Origin: Ascidiella aspersa
Lineage: Eukaryota
Direction: 5' to 3'
Assembly (NCBI GenBank): GCA_963924565.1
Contig: OZ004609.1
Span: 7,254,001-7,318,000, forward strand
DNA: 64,000 nucleotides
Shown piece after piece: positions 12,941 to 25,312 of this stretch. A program made the translations under genes and the position numbers. How positions within the stretch are numbered: position 1 is the first letter of the stretch; each line of letters starts with the position of its first letter. The notes under the pieces are model-generated. The model saw only the letters and a program-made list of their open reading frames with translations, did no database searches and was not told the origin of the DNA.

Positions 12941-14344
12941 GTTAGACATGTAATTGACAAAACCGGTTTGAACAGTTTTAATTTGTTTATTGAGCATTTT
13001 TTATTTATTTTAGATTTGGCTTTGGACCGTTTTTAAAAACATAAAACAGCGATATTTACCTGAAAAATCCGTGCATGACCTCAAATTAGACTTCTTGTTT
13101 TTCGTGATTGTGGAGTGATTTACATTAGTTAAAAAAAATTGTATTTTCACCAAAGGCAATTACAAGGGCTAGAGGCCTTTCCTAGCGTCCACTACCTTTC
13201 AAATAATTTATTAAACGCAAATGGTACACAAAACAATTCATTGTAAAGCAGTTCGAAACCACACGCGCGGGTTTGAACTCCAAAAGATTGGTAGCTTTAG
13301 CGAAACAGCGTTTTGTTGTAACACTCCATCATCACGTCGGGGTCACCAATAAGGCGATGGCAGTCTTTATTCCAGGTGCGCCGAATCAAAAAGAACACAC
13401 TAGAACTGGCAATAAAAAGGCAGGAGAAAAATAAGAAAAAGGCAAACATAACGCTTCGATAAATCCGGGTCGGTGTAGTGTCGCTACAAGTGTTTATTAT
13501 CCAGTATGGCCGCGTGGCGCGAACTCCAACACTAAGCGCTAAATGTAGCACAGCGGCTAGCGGGTATGATAACTCGTTTGCTGATTAAAACGAATACAAT
13601 GTACCACACCACGATCAAAACGAGACTGCCGGGGTTCTCATTTCTGTAACTTCGTGCTCAGGCCGCCAAAATAAGGTCATTTACGTGGGTAGGGATAGTC
13701 CTATATTTCTACTAGTTGAAACATGTCATGGAGTTGTCGAATGGAAAAATCGAGTTGTCGGATGGAAAAAGATGGAAAAATAAAGTGCAAACTGACGGCA
13801 ACACCAGATCGATCGGCAGTAAAATTTAAAGCTTTTTGACTGGAATTCTTTGCTATCTACTAAAGTTTAGCAACAAACAAGACAGCATGTCCTATATTTC
13901 TACTAGTTGAAACATGTCATAGAGTTGTCTGATGGAAAAATCTGTATATTTTCTATCGTATTATATTGCTTCCTTAGGCCAGATATTCAACAATTGATGC
14001 TCACGAGGCGAGTCAGCCTAGAGCCCTAGAGCCTTAGATTACGAGACGATAGATATTTAACGAGTTTTCTCTTTCTATAAAGTGCAAACTGACGGCAACA
14101 CAAGATCGTTTGGAAGGAAAATTTAAAGCTTTCTGACTGGAATTCTTTGCTATCTACTAAAGTTTATCAACAAACAAGACAACATGTTGAAACACTGTAT
14201 GGTGAGCAACAAAACAAGCCATGTGGTTTGTTCGTACTACGTTAACCGTCAAACTAAGTTTGCCTATTGAACTATTTTAAATATCGACTTGTTTACTGTT
14301 TACTAAAACAAGCATTTGCCTTTACTTTTTAAAATCATTTAGAA

Positions 14345-14815
14345 CAGTGGTCGGCAAATTGTGGGACGCGGCCAAAATATGGGCCACAGAGCCATTTTAA
14401 GTGGGCTGAGAGTTACTTTTGAATAGTTTAGCGTTTTCATGTAGTTGTGAACCGCGCGATAGCCGTACAATCATTGCACTTTTTTTAAAAAGTTGGTTTG
14501 ATAAAGAATTTTTAAATTGCTCAGCTTAGAAAGGCCCACGTGCCAAATGAGGTCCTAAGAGCCTGTCGAACTATATTTTTTGCTAACTTTTCCTATATGT
14601 TATTGCAATGTTTTTTCGTGCTTTGCGCGTTAATTCTTCGTTTTATGTTTTACATTATGGCATAGCAGTGTTGTGGGCATTAAAGTGCTGTGTAATATTT
14701 CACTTTAAAATTAAATATGGCCAATCCTCCACTGTTTTCGTAGTGATTTTACGTAGTTGGCCTTCAATAGCTCTGAAAAGAGTACTTTGGGCCGCGACAA
14801 ATAGTTTGCCGACCA
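14345..14815. mobile_element. hAT-type MITE, same family as 11173-11561
   Basis: Ends CAGTGGTCGGCAAA...TTTGCCGACC; flanks ATTTAGAA/ATTTAGGA; internal similarity to 11173-11561. Confidence 0.7.
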
Positions 14816-15855
14816 TTTAGGACCAATTTGTTTTTTGCAGAATATCTGCAATATAATAACCAGCATCCGTTCATCAATGTGTCCCAATAAGATAATTAGG
14901 GTTTCTACAGAGTTCACACAGCATAGGACCGAATAAATGCTTCAACTTTACTGCAAATGATTCTGAAAGAACTTATGTGCAATCAAGCGACTGTTTATAA
15001 CTAATATGTTTGGGACTTGAGTCATTTCAAAATAGATTTCCACAACGCGGTTGCATATATGAGTAGAAAAATGTTTATTAATTTTAATAATGTTCATACT
15101 TACATACTATTTAATTTTATAAACTTATCAATGGCCTATTGTATACAGTGTTATGTACTGTGTTCGACGTTTATATATTATAAAATCAGTCATGTTTATA
15201 TATCAGTAAAACAGTTTGCGTTTATATAAATTATGAAATCTGTAGACCTATATGTTGATACTTCAGTAAAAGTGTTTATGTTACCCAACCACACAATTCC
15301 CACCACACTTTCCCACATATATCCAAGCTGCGTGGTAGATAAATAGGTTTTTTGCGGTCTGCAACGCGTGACAAGAATAAATCAGAAATGTTAAAATATA
15401 GATGTTGGCTAACTTTGGTTACAAATGCTTTAAAAAAATATTCTGCTTATTTAGCCAGGTCTTTATTAATTGGTTCTACAATTGCGGGTTCATTCGCCCT
15501 TACGATTTCAATATCTACTCGATATTCAAAGCTGCGTGCAAAAATATTTACGTGGGAATTTGATTAGAATACCGTACTAAATGCAATCATCCAAAGGAAT
15601 GTTATTTCGCCCTACTGTATTTCGTGGTACAGCGGTTGGTTGAACCGTAATGAGCCCACTTGTATTAGATTTCGAGACTTATCTTTATGATGAAACACGT
15701 CAGTTATAATGCAAGACCAAAAGTCCACGTTTATCGTATAACATTTTACCCTAAGAAGAAATCGTAAACCTGGAAGGCCTTTCATGACCTTTGCATAATA
15801 TGTACATGGTTTATTAAGCGCGGGATAAAATGTACACAGTACAGCCAACTGAGCC

Positions 15856-15945
15856 TTACGAAAGAAAGTTCAACGTGAAAACAGTTAAGATAGAAACCGA
15901 ACACAAGACGATCCATTGTCAAGCAGTTCGTTGAGCTCCGGCTTT
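15856..15945 (-). pseudogene. Orphaned GPI-signal coding relic of paralog B
   Basis: Reads KAGAQRTA*QWIVLCSVSILTVFTLNFLS* and aligns with the paralog C tail ESGAERSASQWVGLCAISILTAFKLYFQS*. TGA at 15919-15921 stands where C has TCA (Ser). Confidence 0.85.
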
Positions 15946-15957
15946 AACTGTGTAACT

Positions 15958-16302
15958 CAGGATTAGGCAATTATTTTAACAAAAGGCAGCATAAGCGACA
16001 AAAAGTGCATTTGCGGGTCAGATAAAGGGGACTGGAAATACACATAATATGAAGTGTGATTCCTTTGAAAATATACTGAAAATATTTTAGTTTTGAAAGC
16101 TAATAAGAGTGGGAATAAGTGATGATGCCTTGCATGTGAAATTGATTCACTAAAATGTTCTAAAATTACCAAAAAATGTGTTTTCTATGAAAAATGTTTT
16201 ATAAAATGTTAGCCAAGGGCCGAATTTAAATTGCTTTGCGGTCTAAATTAAATTGCTTTGGGGTCGAGCTTGGCTCGCAGGGACTTTTTCTGCCATTTGA
16301 TG
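15958..16302. mobile_element. Decayed MITE-like insertion inside the last exon of paralog B
   Basis: ~345 bp absent from the homologous exon of paralogs C and D. Starts CAGGATTAGGCAA (hAT-MITE-like end); the opposite end and the flanking duplication are degenerate. Confidence 0.55.
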
Positions 16303-19228
16303 TTGTATATTCTGGAAGGATCCCGAGCGTTGCATTTCGAAGAGTAACAACACTTTGTTTTGCAGTTTCTGTAACAAACATTCGTTGTTGTTAGTCGACT
16401 TCCATTGGATTATAAAATCCTATCCGTACATTACCGTCGAATATTTTTCTAAAAAACACTTGAATTTTAAAGTCTTACAAAATATTATTGTTAAAATTAT
16501 TTCGTAGAAAAACGCAGGACATGGTAGATTGGCATTTTATTTTGTACCAAGCTCAATGGACCATTCCACACGCAAATACAATGATCAAGGAACAAACCCT
16601 ATATTTAAACACTCTGTTTATTGATTTGAACAGAACGTAATATGTTCAAAGCTAAGATTTAGACATTTTCGAATTTATTTAGTCGTAATGCGATCTATTT
16701 GAGCAAACCACCACAGGCGATATGAGTCGCTTAACGCTGTTAGGCGAGCAAGCATAAATAAATCAAAGTTTACACAACAAAACTTTGTTGCATATCAAAA
16801 CTTAAAGAAGCTGAAGTCAGGGTTTGTAAGTAATTCTTTTTTTAAACGTGCAATTTGAGTTAGGCTTATAGTATCATAGAAACAATGAAATATCAAAAAC
16901 ACTGGCTGGATCATTAGAATGACTGCAGATACTACAGCCTAAAGTAAAGCCTTTAATGCCCAACCGTCAGCAATAAACTTTTGCTTACTCGGCTTGAATG
17001 CTAGTAGCTGAAGGTATGTCAAGCTTTGAAACGGCGGGTTTCAATTGTTTGCAAATAAGATTGTTGTTGCAGTAATCGAGATGCGGAGCACAGGAAAAGG
17101 TTGTCTGAGGAAACGAGAACCCTGTTCCTACAACGCGATAAATAAATGTTGCAATTTGAAAAATCGTTAATATTGGTAACAGACGAAAAACGTAACAAGT
17201 ACAAAAATATCTTTAATTCAGAAAAAACAAAATCTGTTGGGTTAAGAGGTATTTCTTTTGTAAGTAAAATATTTCTTCTTTTTTTTTTAGTTCAAAACTT
17301 TGTTTAGAACTGAGAAAAAGTTTCGCGGAAATGTTGCCTAATAAACAAAAAAATTAAAGCATTTATTGGTAAAAAAGATAAAGCATTTATTATTTATTTA
17401 GGCCAGTTTTGGATAGAAAAATTAGGTCTGAAGGAATTAATTTTCAAACCTCTATAGTATATGTTTCAACAGATATAACGCAAAACGAAGACAGACAAAA
17501 TGTAACCCAACCATTTTACACTCCTGCTAAAACAGCAGCTTTAACGCTGATGGCAGTTATTTTTCTGCTAACCAGGTCAATACTGGATACCGACCAAAAC
17601 TACCACACGAGTAACCTGAAAAAAGTATCATGGGTACCTTTTATCACTGCGGTGACATCGATCTCGTTGGTCAGGCAAGCTGTCGTGCAAGAACTGCTGC
17701 TGCTGTATGAGTCGTAGGCAACGTTAATAGTGCCTGTGTGACAGCGCAAATATCGGCCTTTCGTCGGCGTTTCGATCAATTTGGGTCGCGTGGTGGTGGA
17801 CACTGCTTTGCTGACCGTGAACGGGACAGTAGTCATGGCAATGGACATGACCGTGGACGAAACATTGGGCAACACGTTGTCATTTTGCGAGCCGTAGCTT
17901 AGCTTGTATTCACCCTCAGGCTTGTTGCAGCTGTTTGTGGAACAGCAGGTTGCCTTGCAGTCCCTGGAAGCAGTTAAGCGTTTCGATAAACATGCTCCGC
18001 AATAAAACTGTACCAAATACTCAAGTCGTGTTACTACACAAGAAACAACCAGTGTCAACAGTAGCTAACCTGGTCAAATAGCCGTTTGTTAAGTAACGCA
18101 CTGTCATTTTATGTCAAAAACATGGCTAACTAAAATTGAACAATACTTTCCAATAACACTTATTCTGAATACGATACTAGCAACTGCTTGGTGTGTATCA
18201 GAACATTTTTAAGACTTACGCTTTTTTAGTTTTATTTGTTTGTGGGGGTGGGGGGGTGGGGCAAAAGTGCCCTTTTCATGAAAAGCTTCCTCTCTTGTTT
18301 TACTTAAAAATAGAAAAATTAGAAAATTCAAGTAACTTTTACTAGTCCACAGGGCCGACAGGAATAGGGCTGGAGCTACAAAAAATCCAAACAAATTTGT
18401 CAAATGACATGGTTGACATTTGTTAAAACATTTTTGGTACCATTTTAAGCCAATCTATAAGGCGTGGCCGCAAAAAAAATTCCGGGCGAGTACCCCGGTA
18501 CCCCCCAATATTTCGGCTGGCTACGCTCGCCTGCAGTCTATATTGCCCTTACCAAAAAAGTTATCCCCCTTGCCCTAAAATCGCTCCAGCGTCCCAGGTT
18601 TTATATTCATGTATGTCACTTTAAAGTTGCACAAGTAACATAACCAATCATGTTATTAATGAGCATTTAAAGTTGTGCGCTTGGGAATTTAGCTTATTGG
18701 TAATTTAAAGTCGCAATGAAAGACTGAGATCGTATCTTTAGATCAAACCTATAACATGATAATCCTGTAACATTGCTAAAAATTCGACCTAGACATGGGT
18801 GGACCAGTATTTGAGAACCAACGAGCAAATAAACAAGAAAACTTTAGGTCGAGATGCTCACTCTATTTTGATAGCGAAACCTCCCGCATTGTTTTCGATG
18901 GCGTTGGTGAGTTGCTTGCATGTGGCCTCCTTATCAATGCAGGATAATCCAGCGCTGGTGCAGCTAAAACTGGATTGTTCAAAACTGATCGGCATACCTG
19001 AAATAAAAATCGTCACGAGAGGTTCTTCGAAAACATATATGTATAGCTTAATTAAGTCTTACCCTTAGCTATGCTGTGCACCATGTAATCGATTCTTATA
19101 CATGAGGTTGTGCAATTAGTGTCGGTCACAGTATCAACAGCGTAGTTTTTTACCCCGCTCTGGCATGTAACAGCCATTGCGCAGGCAATCAGTGAAAACA
19201 AGCAGACGGAGCTCAACAAGACCTTCAT
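16248..19228 (-). CDS. Two-domain Ly6/uPAR-like protein, paralog B; ~295 aa, lacks GPI tail (basic C-terminus derived from an insertion)
   Basis: Exons 19063-19228, 18862-18997, 17638-17963, 16989-17127 and 16248-16368 (888 nt, open). MKVLLSSVCLFSLIACAMAVTCQSG...DCKATCCSTNSCN...NCKTKCCYSSKCNARDPSRIYNIKWQKKSLRAKLDPKAI*. All 20 domain cysteines are retained. Confidence 0.82.
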
Positions 19229-22200
19229 CGTGCAATTTTTGATTTTAGGTTTAACGCCACCAATAATGCAAATAAAGTATTGAGCATCTAAAATTCGTGG
19301 CGCGTTTATAAGCGCCGTCCATTTTTTTCCTTTTTGTGAAATACATAACTCTCTTTGTGAAATATTCAGCGTACTAGCTCATAACGATTTATTTTAAACT
19401 TTTTTACCTCCGCAATTTCGAAAAGTCCCGACTTAAAGTTTTATTTTGTGTACTTTTCCATAGCTTCTTGTGAAATATCTAGCCGTATAGCTAATCCGAT
19501 CATAGGCGACGCATTACTATTACACAAACGAAATTTTGTGGTAAATTTAACGCGAAAGGAATCTACCATTCATGCATTTTGGTGTTGAGAACACATGAAA
19601 GAGGCACACGACTCATAAAAGCTTAACAACCAACGTTTTATGCTTTTTTAAACATTCGCGCAAAAGTTGTTGTTTTCGGTGTTCGAATGTTTGTTCTACG
19701 AAAAGTTTTTCGCCCTTTTTGCATGTTCATTACTTCGGTTTATTTAGGTATAAAAGAGCTTATTTTGCAATGTTCTTTTTCTACGTTAACGTCAAGCCTA
19801 ATCTATATAAAAGAATAGAAATGACAGAAACATTTGGCTTCGTTCAAAAATGTTTATGATTTAAGTTTAAAAGCAGCTCAAATTAAATTTCTTCGGAAAT
19901 ACATTTTCAAAGCCATTTAGAACCAAATAAAAACAAGACGTAGATACAAATTAACCACCAACTTTGTTTTTGAAAAAAGCATAAATAAAAACGAATTTGG
20001 TCTCTAACTGAATGCGTCCGCCATTAGGGACATTAATCGATTAAGTGTAAAACGTGTTAAAATAAATTCTTTTAAAATGAAGCCGTCAACTTTTGTTTGG
20101 TGTTATGCAAAATTATTTAATGGATAAAATATCCCATGTTTCAACAATGGCTGCAAAACACTGCACTACAGAGAGTGGAAAACAATTGAGACGCGAAGCA
20201 AGCCTGTTGTCTAATCTTATCACCAAGAATTTTTAAAACGAGGAACTGAAATTGCCTCCGGTGTATAACGCCTCGTTTTAATTCTGTGACGTGCTTTCAT
20301 ACCTAAGTGAACGAGCAGCCCATTTATAGCAAACTAAGCTGATCAAGCTTCACAGAATTTGTCTTCAGAATGTTGCTCATAAAATGGAACGAATCCAAAA
20401 AACACAAACGACGCTTTAAGCGTGTTTAATACGTTCAAAAACAAACTAGGCAAAAATTGCGCGTCACAAACTTGGATAAACGGCATTTATACATATTATT
20501 AAAACGCCAGCTTGCAAAACTCTTCAAAACATGCAAGTTGCTTTGCTATTTAGGTATAGTGAATGATATCCATTCATTTAGTTGGCCAAATAAACGACTG
20601 CCAATTAGGTTCTTTGAATGTGAGCATCGCTGTAATAAGCCGCCTCTTTTTATAAAAATACGAATCTTTGTGGTCAAGTGGATTACGAGAAAAACAACAG
20701 TCATTTGCTAATATTGTAATCGTTGGGACTCAATCAAGCTTTCAAAAACAGGCCGTATAAAATTATTGTTTGAAAAGTATCATTTTTTGTGCACGAGGCA
20801 GTTAGCTGTTTCCGTGAAGTGGTAAACCAAATAGGTTACTATGGCTGCACAAATCTTCAAATTTTAGATTCATCATAGGGGAAAATAGCCAAAGGTTTTA
20901 CTTAGACGTATAAAAGTAATAGCTAAGGCGAATATTTTTTTGACCTAAAAATTTAGAAATTTTGACCTAAAAAATTAAAATTTTGAGAAATTTTTACATA
21001 AAAATAATTTATTTTGACAAAATTTTGACCTGTTAGAAAAAAATTGATTTAAATAACATAGGCGTCGTTATTCACACGATTTTTTATAACGTATATTGGT
21101 CTAATGAAGATATAATACGGTTGAAAAGACTTGGCAAATTTTGACCTAACGTGTAAAAAAATTTTGACTTTTTTTGATAAATCAAAAAATATTCGCCATA
21201 GTAATAGTACAAACCATATAGAAATGCGCAGCATGTAGAACGCTGCGAACGCTGTTCATTCATTTATTGAGATGTTCAAAGCGATATGTACTTTAACATA
21301 AGTTTTGTGATTCATTTTATTTTGTGCAACGTAAAAGTAATGGAAGAGATTAGAAAAGTTGTTTTTGCAATAGAACAGCAAAATACACGAACCTGTTAAT
21401 GACCAAAGCAATTTGCGATAAGGAGAACAATGTTGGTGAAAAGCAAAAAATAAGTGGATTTTCAGCCTGGGGCGTAGAACGAAAGAATATTTCTGCCATA
21501 AGACGCGCTGTGCTGAGAGATCTTAATCGTATACGAATAGACAAAACTGATGTCCCAAAACTCGTCAGGCTGGTTTGCAAAATAGAATACGACTAATTCG
21601 CGAAGGACTTTAGTCGAACTAAAGACGTTAGTTTAAAAATGGTAAGTTTCAATTTCATGCGATGTTCACCTCAAGTCAACTGCTTTAAACTCTCTTGGAA
21701 ACATGTTTAAAACTTTTGTGTACACACTTTAATATGTTAACTCGAAAGCAACTCTGCGTCAATTTTTGTTGTACTTTCATTTTTTAAATCAAATTTTAAT
21801 GGAGTTTTATTTGTGAAATAACTTAAGTCAAAGTCAAGTCTGTGGAAAAATAGTCCAAGTTACCAGTTGCGCAAGTCAAGTCATTATTAGAACAAGTCAT
21901 CTCGAAGTCAAATCACTAATATCACGAACTAGAATCGTTGGTTAAAAAATGGTAAGTTTTAATTTCATGTTATGCTCTTCTCAAATCAACTCCTATAAAT
22001 TTTCTTAGAAACATGTTTACAACTTTTGTGCACCCATTTTAATTTGTTGACTGTAATTCTTCTTTGTGACACTTTTTGATCTATATTAATGTGTGTAATG
22101 TCGTATCGTTTAACGCATTCTTAACGACGACGTCACAAAGCTACGTCATAACATAGCGTCATAAATAAATAAATCTTGCGTTTATTGGATTTAAATTGGC

Positions 22201-23824
22201 AAAACTTTCAATATAAAAGGTGGCTTATTAGGCACATAAACGTATTTGCATATTGCTCAAAACTACAGATTTAAACTCTGTTTCAACAGTGATTGCTCAT
22301 ACCAAGGCATGGTAAAAATTTACCCAGTAAAAGTTGGAAAAAGTATAGCAAACCATAGACGTTAAATCATTTAGAGAGAATGAAAATATTGGCTTTTTAA
22401 ACATGCTAGCTGACCAAAATGTAATAACATGGCCGTAAGCATTATCTACGTAAATTTTTATTGATCAAATATATGTTTCGATCATTTCCCAAAATCTACG
22501 CCATATTTGAACCCCTTTCGCTTCAAAGCCATAAGTTATTATATTATTATACACAACTTATAATTGTGTGTTGATATGTTGGATTGGAATAACATACAGA
22601 ACAGGTGCAAATAGCAAATATTCTCCAAATACGATTTTTCCAATATTCTCCAAATCGTATTTCATCGTATTGTCGCGGTAATACACAAAGAGGTAAGGCC
22701 GTGAATAAAGTTTCACCCACCGTTCAATTAACGGAGGGAAGCATTGCGAGTAGAGATGTTCAAAGCAGAATATCGGCGACTCATTTATAATGCTTGCTTT
22801 CAATGCGGCGTTAGCTTTTTTTCGGGCGACCAATTACTTCGCGATAAGCTTCGCCTAATAATTAAGTGTCAATAGGGTGTATTTACCGCCGCAAGTTTAA
22901 GTGCGAAATCTTGAGGCAGTCTACGCCTCTCTGTTAGCACCTGTCGTGCATCTTGCTCCAACCAGCATACCAATATCAGGCCTAAACATCTAGCAAAACT
23001 TTCGATTTAATAGTTTGCGTATTGAGAACATAATAGTGTTTTTCATATTGTTTGAAACTACAGATTTAAAGCCTGTTTTAACAGTGATTGCTCGGACCAA
23101 GCCATGGTAAAAATTTACCGAGTAAAAGTTTGCAAAAGTATAGCAAACCATAGACGTTAAACCATTTTTAGTCTTTAAGAGAATGATAATATTTGATTTT
23201 TAAACACCTAAGCTGGTCAAAATTTAATAAAATGGCCATACGCATTATCTACGTAAATTCTATTTATCAAATATATGTTTCGATCATTCCCCAAATTCTA
23301 CGCCATATTTCAACCCCTTTCGCATCAAAGGCATATTTTAAGTGGGGAAGTTTTCGGCCCATATCTGTTTTTGCTTGCAGAAACAAGTTAAGGAAAATGA
23401 AAAACAAAATATATAATATAAAGTACACAATACAAAATATTAAAAAAAAAATTAAAATAAAGTAAAAATTGAAAATAAACACTAAGCCCTGAAAATATAC
23501 CCCCTGACAAAATATACAACAACCGCACCCCCGTCTAGTTCTTTTTTGGTTTCATATGGTTTGCTACGGTTTGCTATGGTTTGCTATGGCATGTTTCAGA
23601 CCGATTTTTGTCCGAAGCTTTGTAGAAAAAGTATACATCCTAGAACCTTCAAATTTTCAGACATGGCGTAGAGTGGTATGTAGGTGCTTTGTAGAAGTTT
23701 ATGAGGCTGCACCCCCAGGGACCTCTTCTTGGGGGGCAAAAACCTGAAATATTGTGTTTTAGCTCTCTGTAGCTAACGACTGCCATCTAGCAGCAGAAAA
23801 ACTTTTATACAGAATTATTGATGA

Positions 23825-24366
23825 TCACACGAATAAACAACGGATCCATGAAAATACTTCGTTGTTACTTCTCGGTGATTCATCTGAAAAGATATAAGTG
23901 TTTAGCGAATTTAAATCTGCAAAAAAAGTCCTTTAGTATCAATAAGTTTATCAAGCAAGATGAAATCAATTTCTTAAACATTACGAAGCGAAAAGTGTTT
24001 TTGTTTAACTAAAACTCACCTTTATTTATTCTTGCTCGTCTAAGTTCATATCGAGGAGTTTTGAGCTAGAAAGTAAGTTAAATTGATAAAAACATTTTTT
24101 TGTGCTTGAATTAAAGCATATATTTTGCAAAACTACGCTCATAAAATTTGATTTTTTAATATAATTAGGTTCTTGCCGAACTTCAAGTAAACTTTACCAT
24201 CTTGACCACCGAAGTAATGAACTTCATGTGCAAGTAGGAATTGAATACAAGCATTTGCAAAAAAACCAACGGATTTGAGAACGTTGACTTTTTTCCACTG
24301 ACCCTCGCTCTGATCAACTAGAAGTAGGAGGCCAAGCAGAAGCGCCATCATAACAAACTTGTTCAT
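23825..24366 (-). CDS. Small secreted peptide precursor (host-defence-peptide-like); exon structure partly uncertain
   Basis: A 5'UTR intron (donor AAG|GTAGGT at 24450, acceptor TTTTCAG) ends immediately before the ATG at 24366. Signal peptide MNKFVMMALLLGLLLLVDQSEG. Clean internal exon 24020-24065 (TTTCTAG / AAG|GTGAGT); terminal acceptor at 23883. One consistent splice gives mature QWKKVNVLKSLKTPRYELRRARINKDESPRSNNEVFSWIRCLFV*. Confidence 0.55.
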
Positions 24367-24564
24367 CTGAAAACATTAATAATTACACAAACTATATAAA
24401 ATAGATTAGAGTGGTTTAATCACTAACACGTGTTAATTACTGACACCTACCTTGGTGTGTCAATTCAGAATAAAACTGTGTGCAAACCGAGATATTTCAG
24501 CTCAATTTAAAGTTTTTTAAGTGGTAATTGTTTAACGTAAGCAGAAAATTAACTAGAAACAATA

Positions 24565-25312
24565 CGGATTTGTTTTTATTCAAATTCAACTTTGCATAGT
24601 TGCATTATTTTATATTATTTTCTTTCTTATCTGAACAATAATAGCGGAATATTTCTGAGAAACATTACGGATTTGTTCAAATTCAAAATCAACTTAAAAA
24701 GATATATTTTAGTCAAAACTAAAAATCAAGTGTTTGTGCCAAATACGTCAGTTTATTTAAATTTTATTTAAAGTTCGCGTCACGAATTACCAAACCTTTT
24801 AGTTAGCACCCGTTTATATTTATTGAAACTTTACGAAACCTTTTAGTGAAGCAGAACGTTCCTCGTCATCTGCTTTATACATTTGTTGAAAAAACTGTTC
24901 TATTCAGTTGGTTATTGTGCTTCGAATCATTTTCGTTATTGGCAAATCGAACAACTTTCCTAAAATCCGTTGCGCGAAAAAAAGTTTGGGAAGGTCTAGT
25001 CCAGATAAAACAACCAGATACAGATTAGTAAACCTTTTGTAGAAAGAAAATAATGAAATATTCAAAGTTGACATTGAATAAAAACAAATCCGAAATGTTT
25101 CTCAGAAACTTTCTGCTCATATTATTGTTCAGGTTTCAAAGAAAGAAAATAATATAAAATAATGCAACTATTCAAAGTTGATTTTGAATAAAAAAAATCC
25201 GCAATGTTTCTCAGAAATTTTCTTTTCATATTATTGTTCAGGTTTCAAAGAAAGAAAATAATATAAAATAATGCAACTATTCAAAGTTGATTTTGAATAA
25301 AAAAAATCCGCA
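24565..25312. repeat. ~110-bp AT-rich unit: tandem copies at 25055-25312 and an inverted copy at 24565-24695
   Basis: AATATAAAATAATGCAACTATTCAAAGTTGA occurs twice in direct orientation; a near-exact reverse complement lies near 24585-24620. Confidence 0.75.

Noticed and set aside
12760-13036. Poly-VA / poly-TA / poly-HS ORFs
   Set aside because: Translations of a hexamer microsatellite.
15919-15921. In-frame TGA as selenocysteine or programmed readthrough
   Set aside because: It aligns to Ser (TCA) in paralogs and lies downstream of the real stop, so simple decay explains it.
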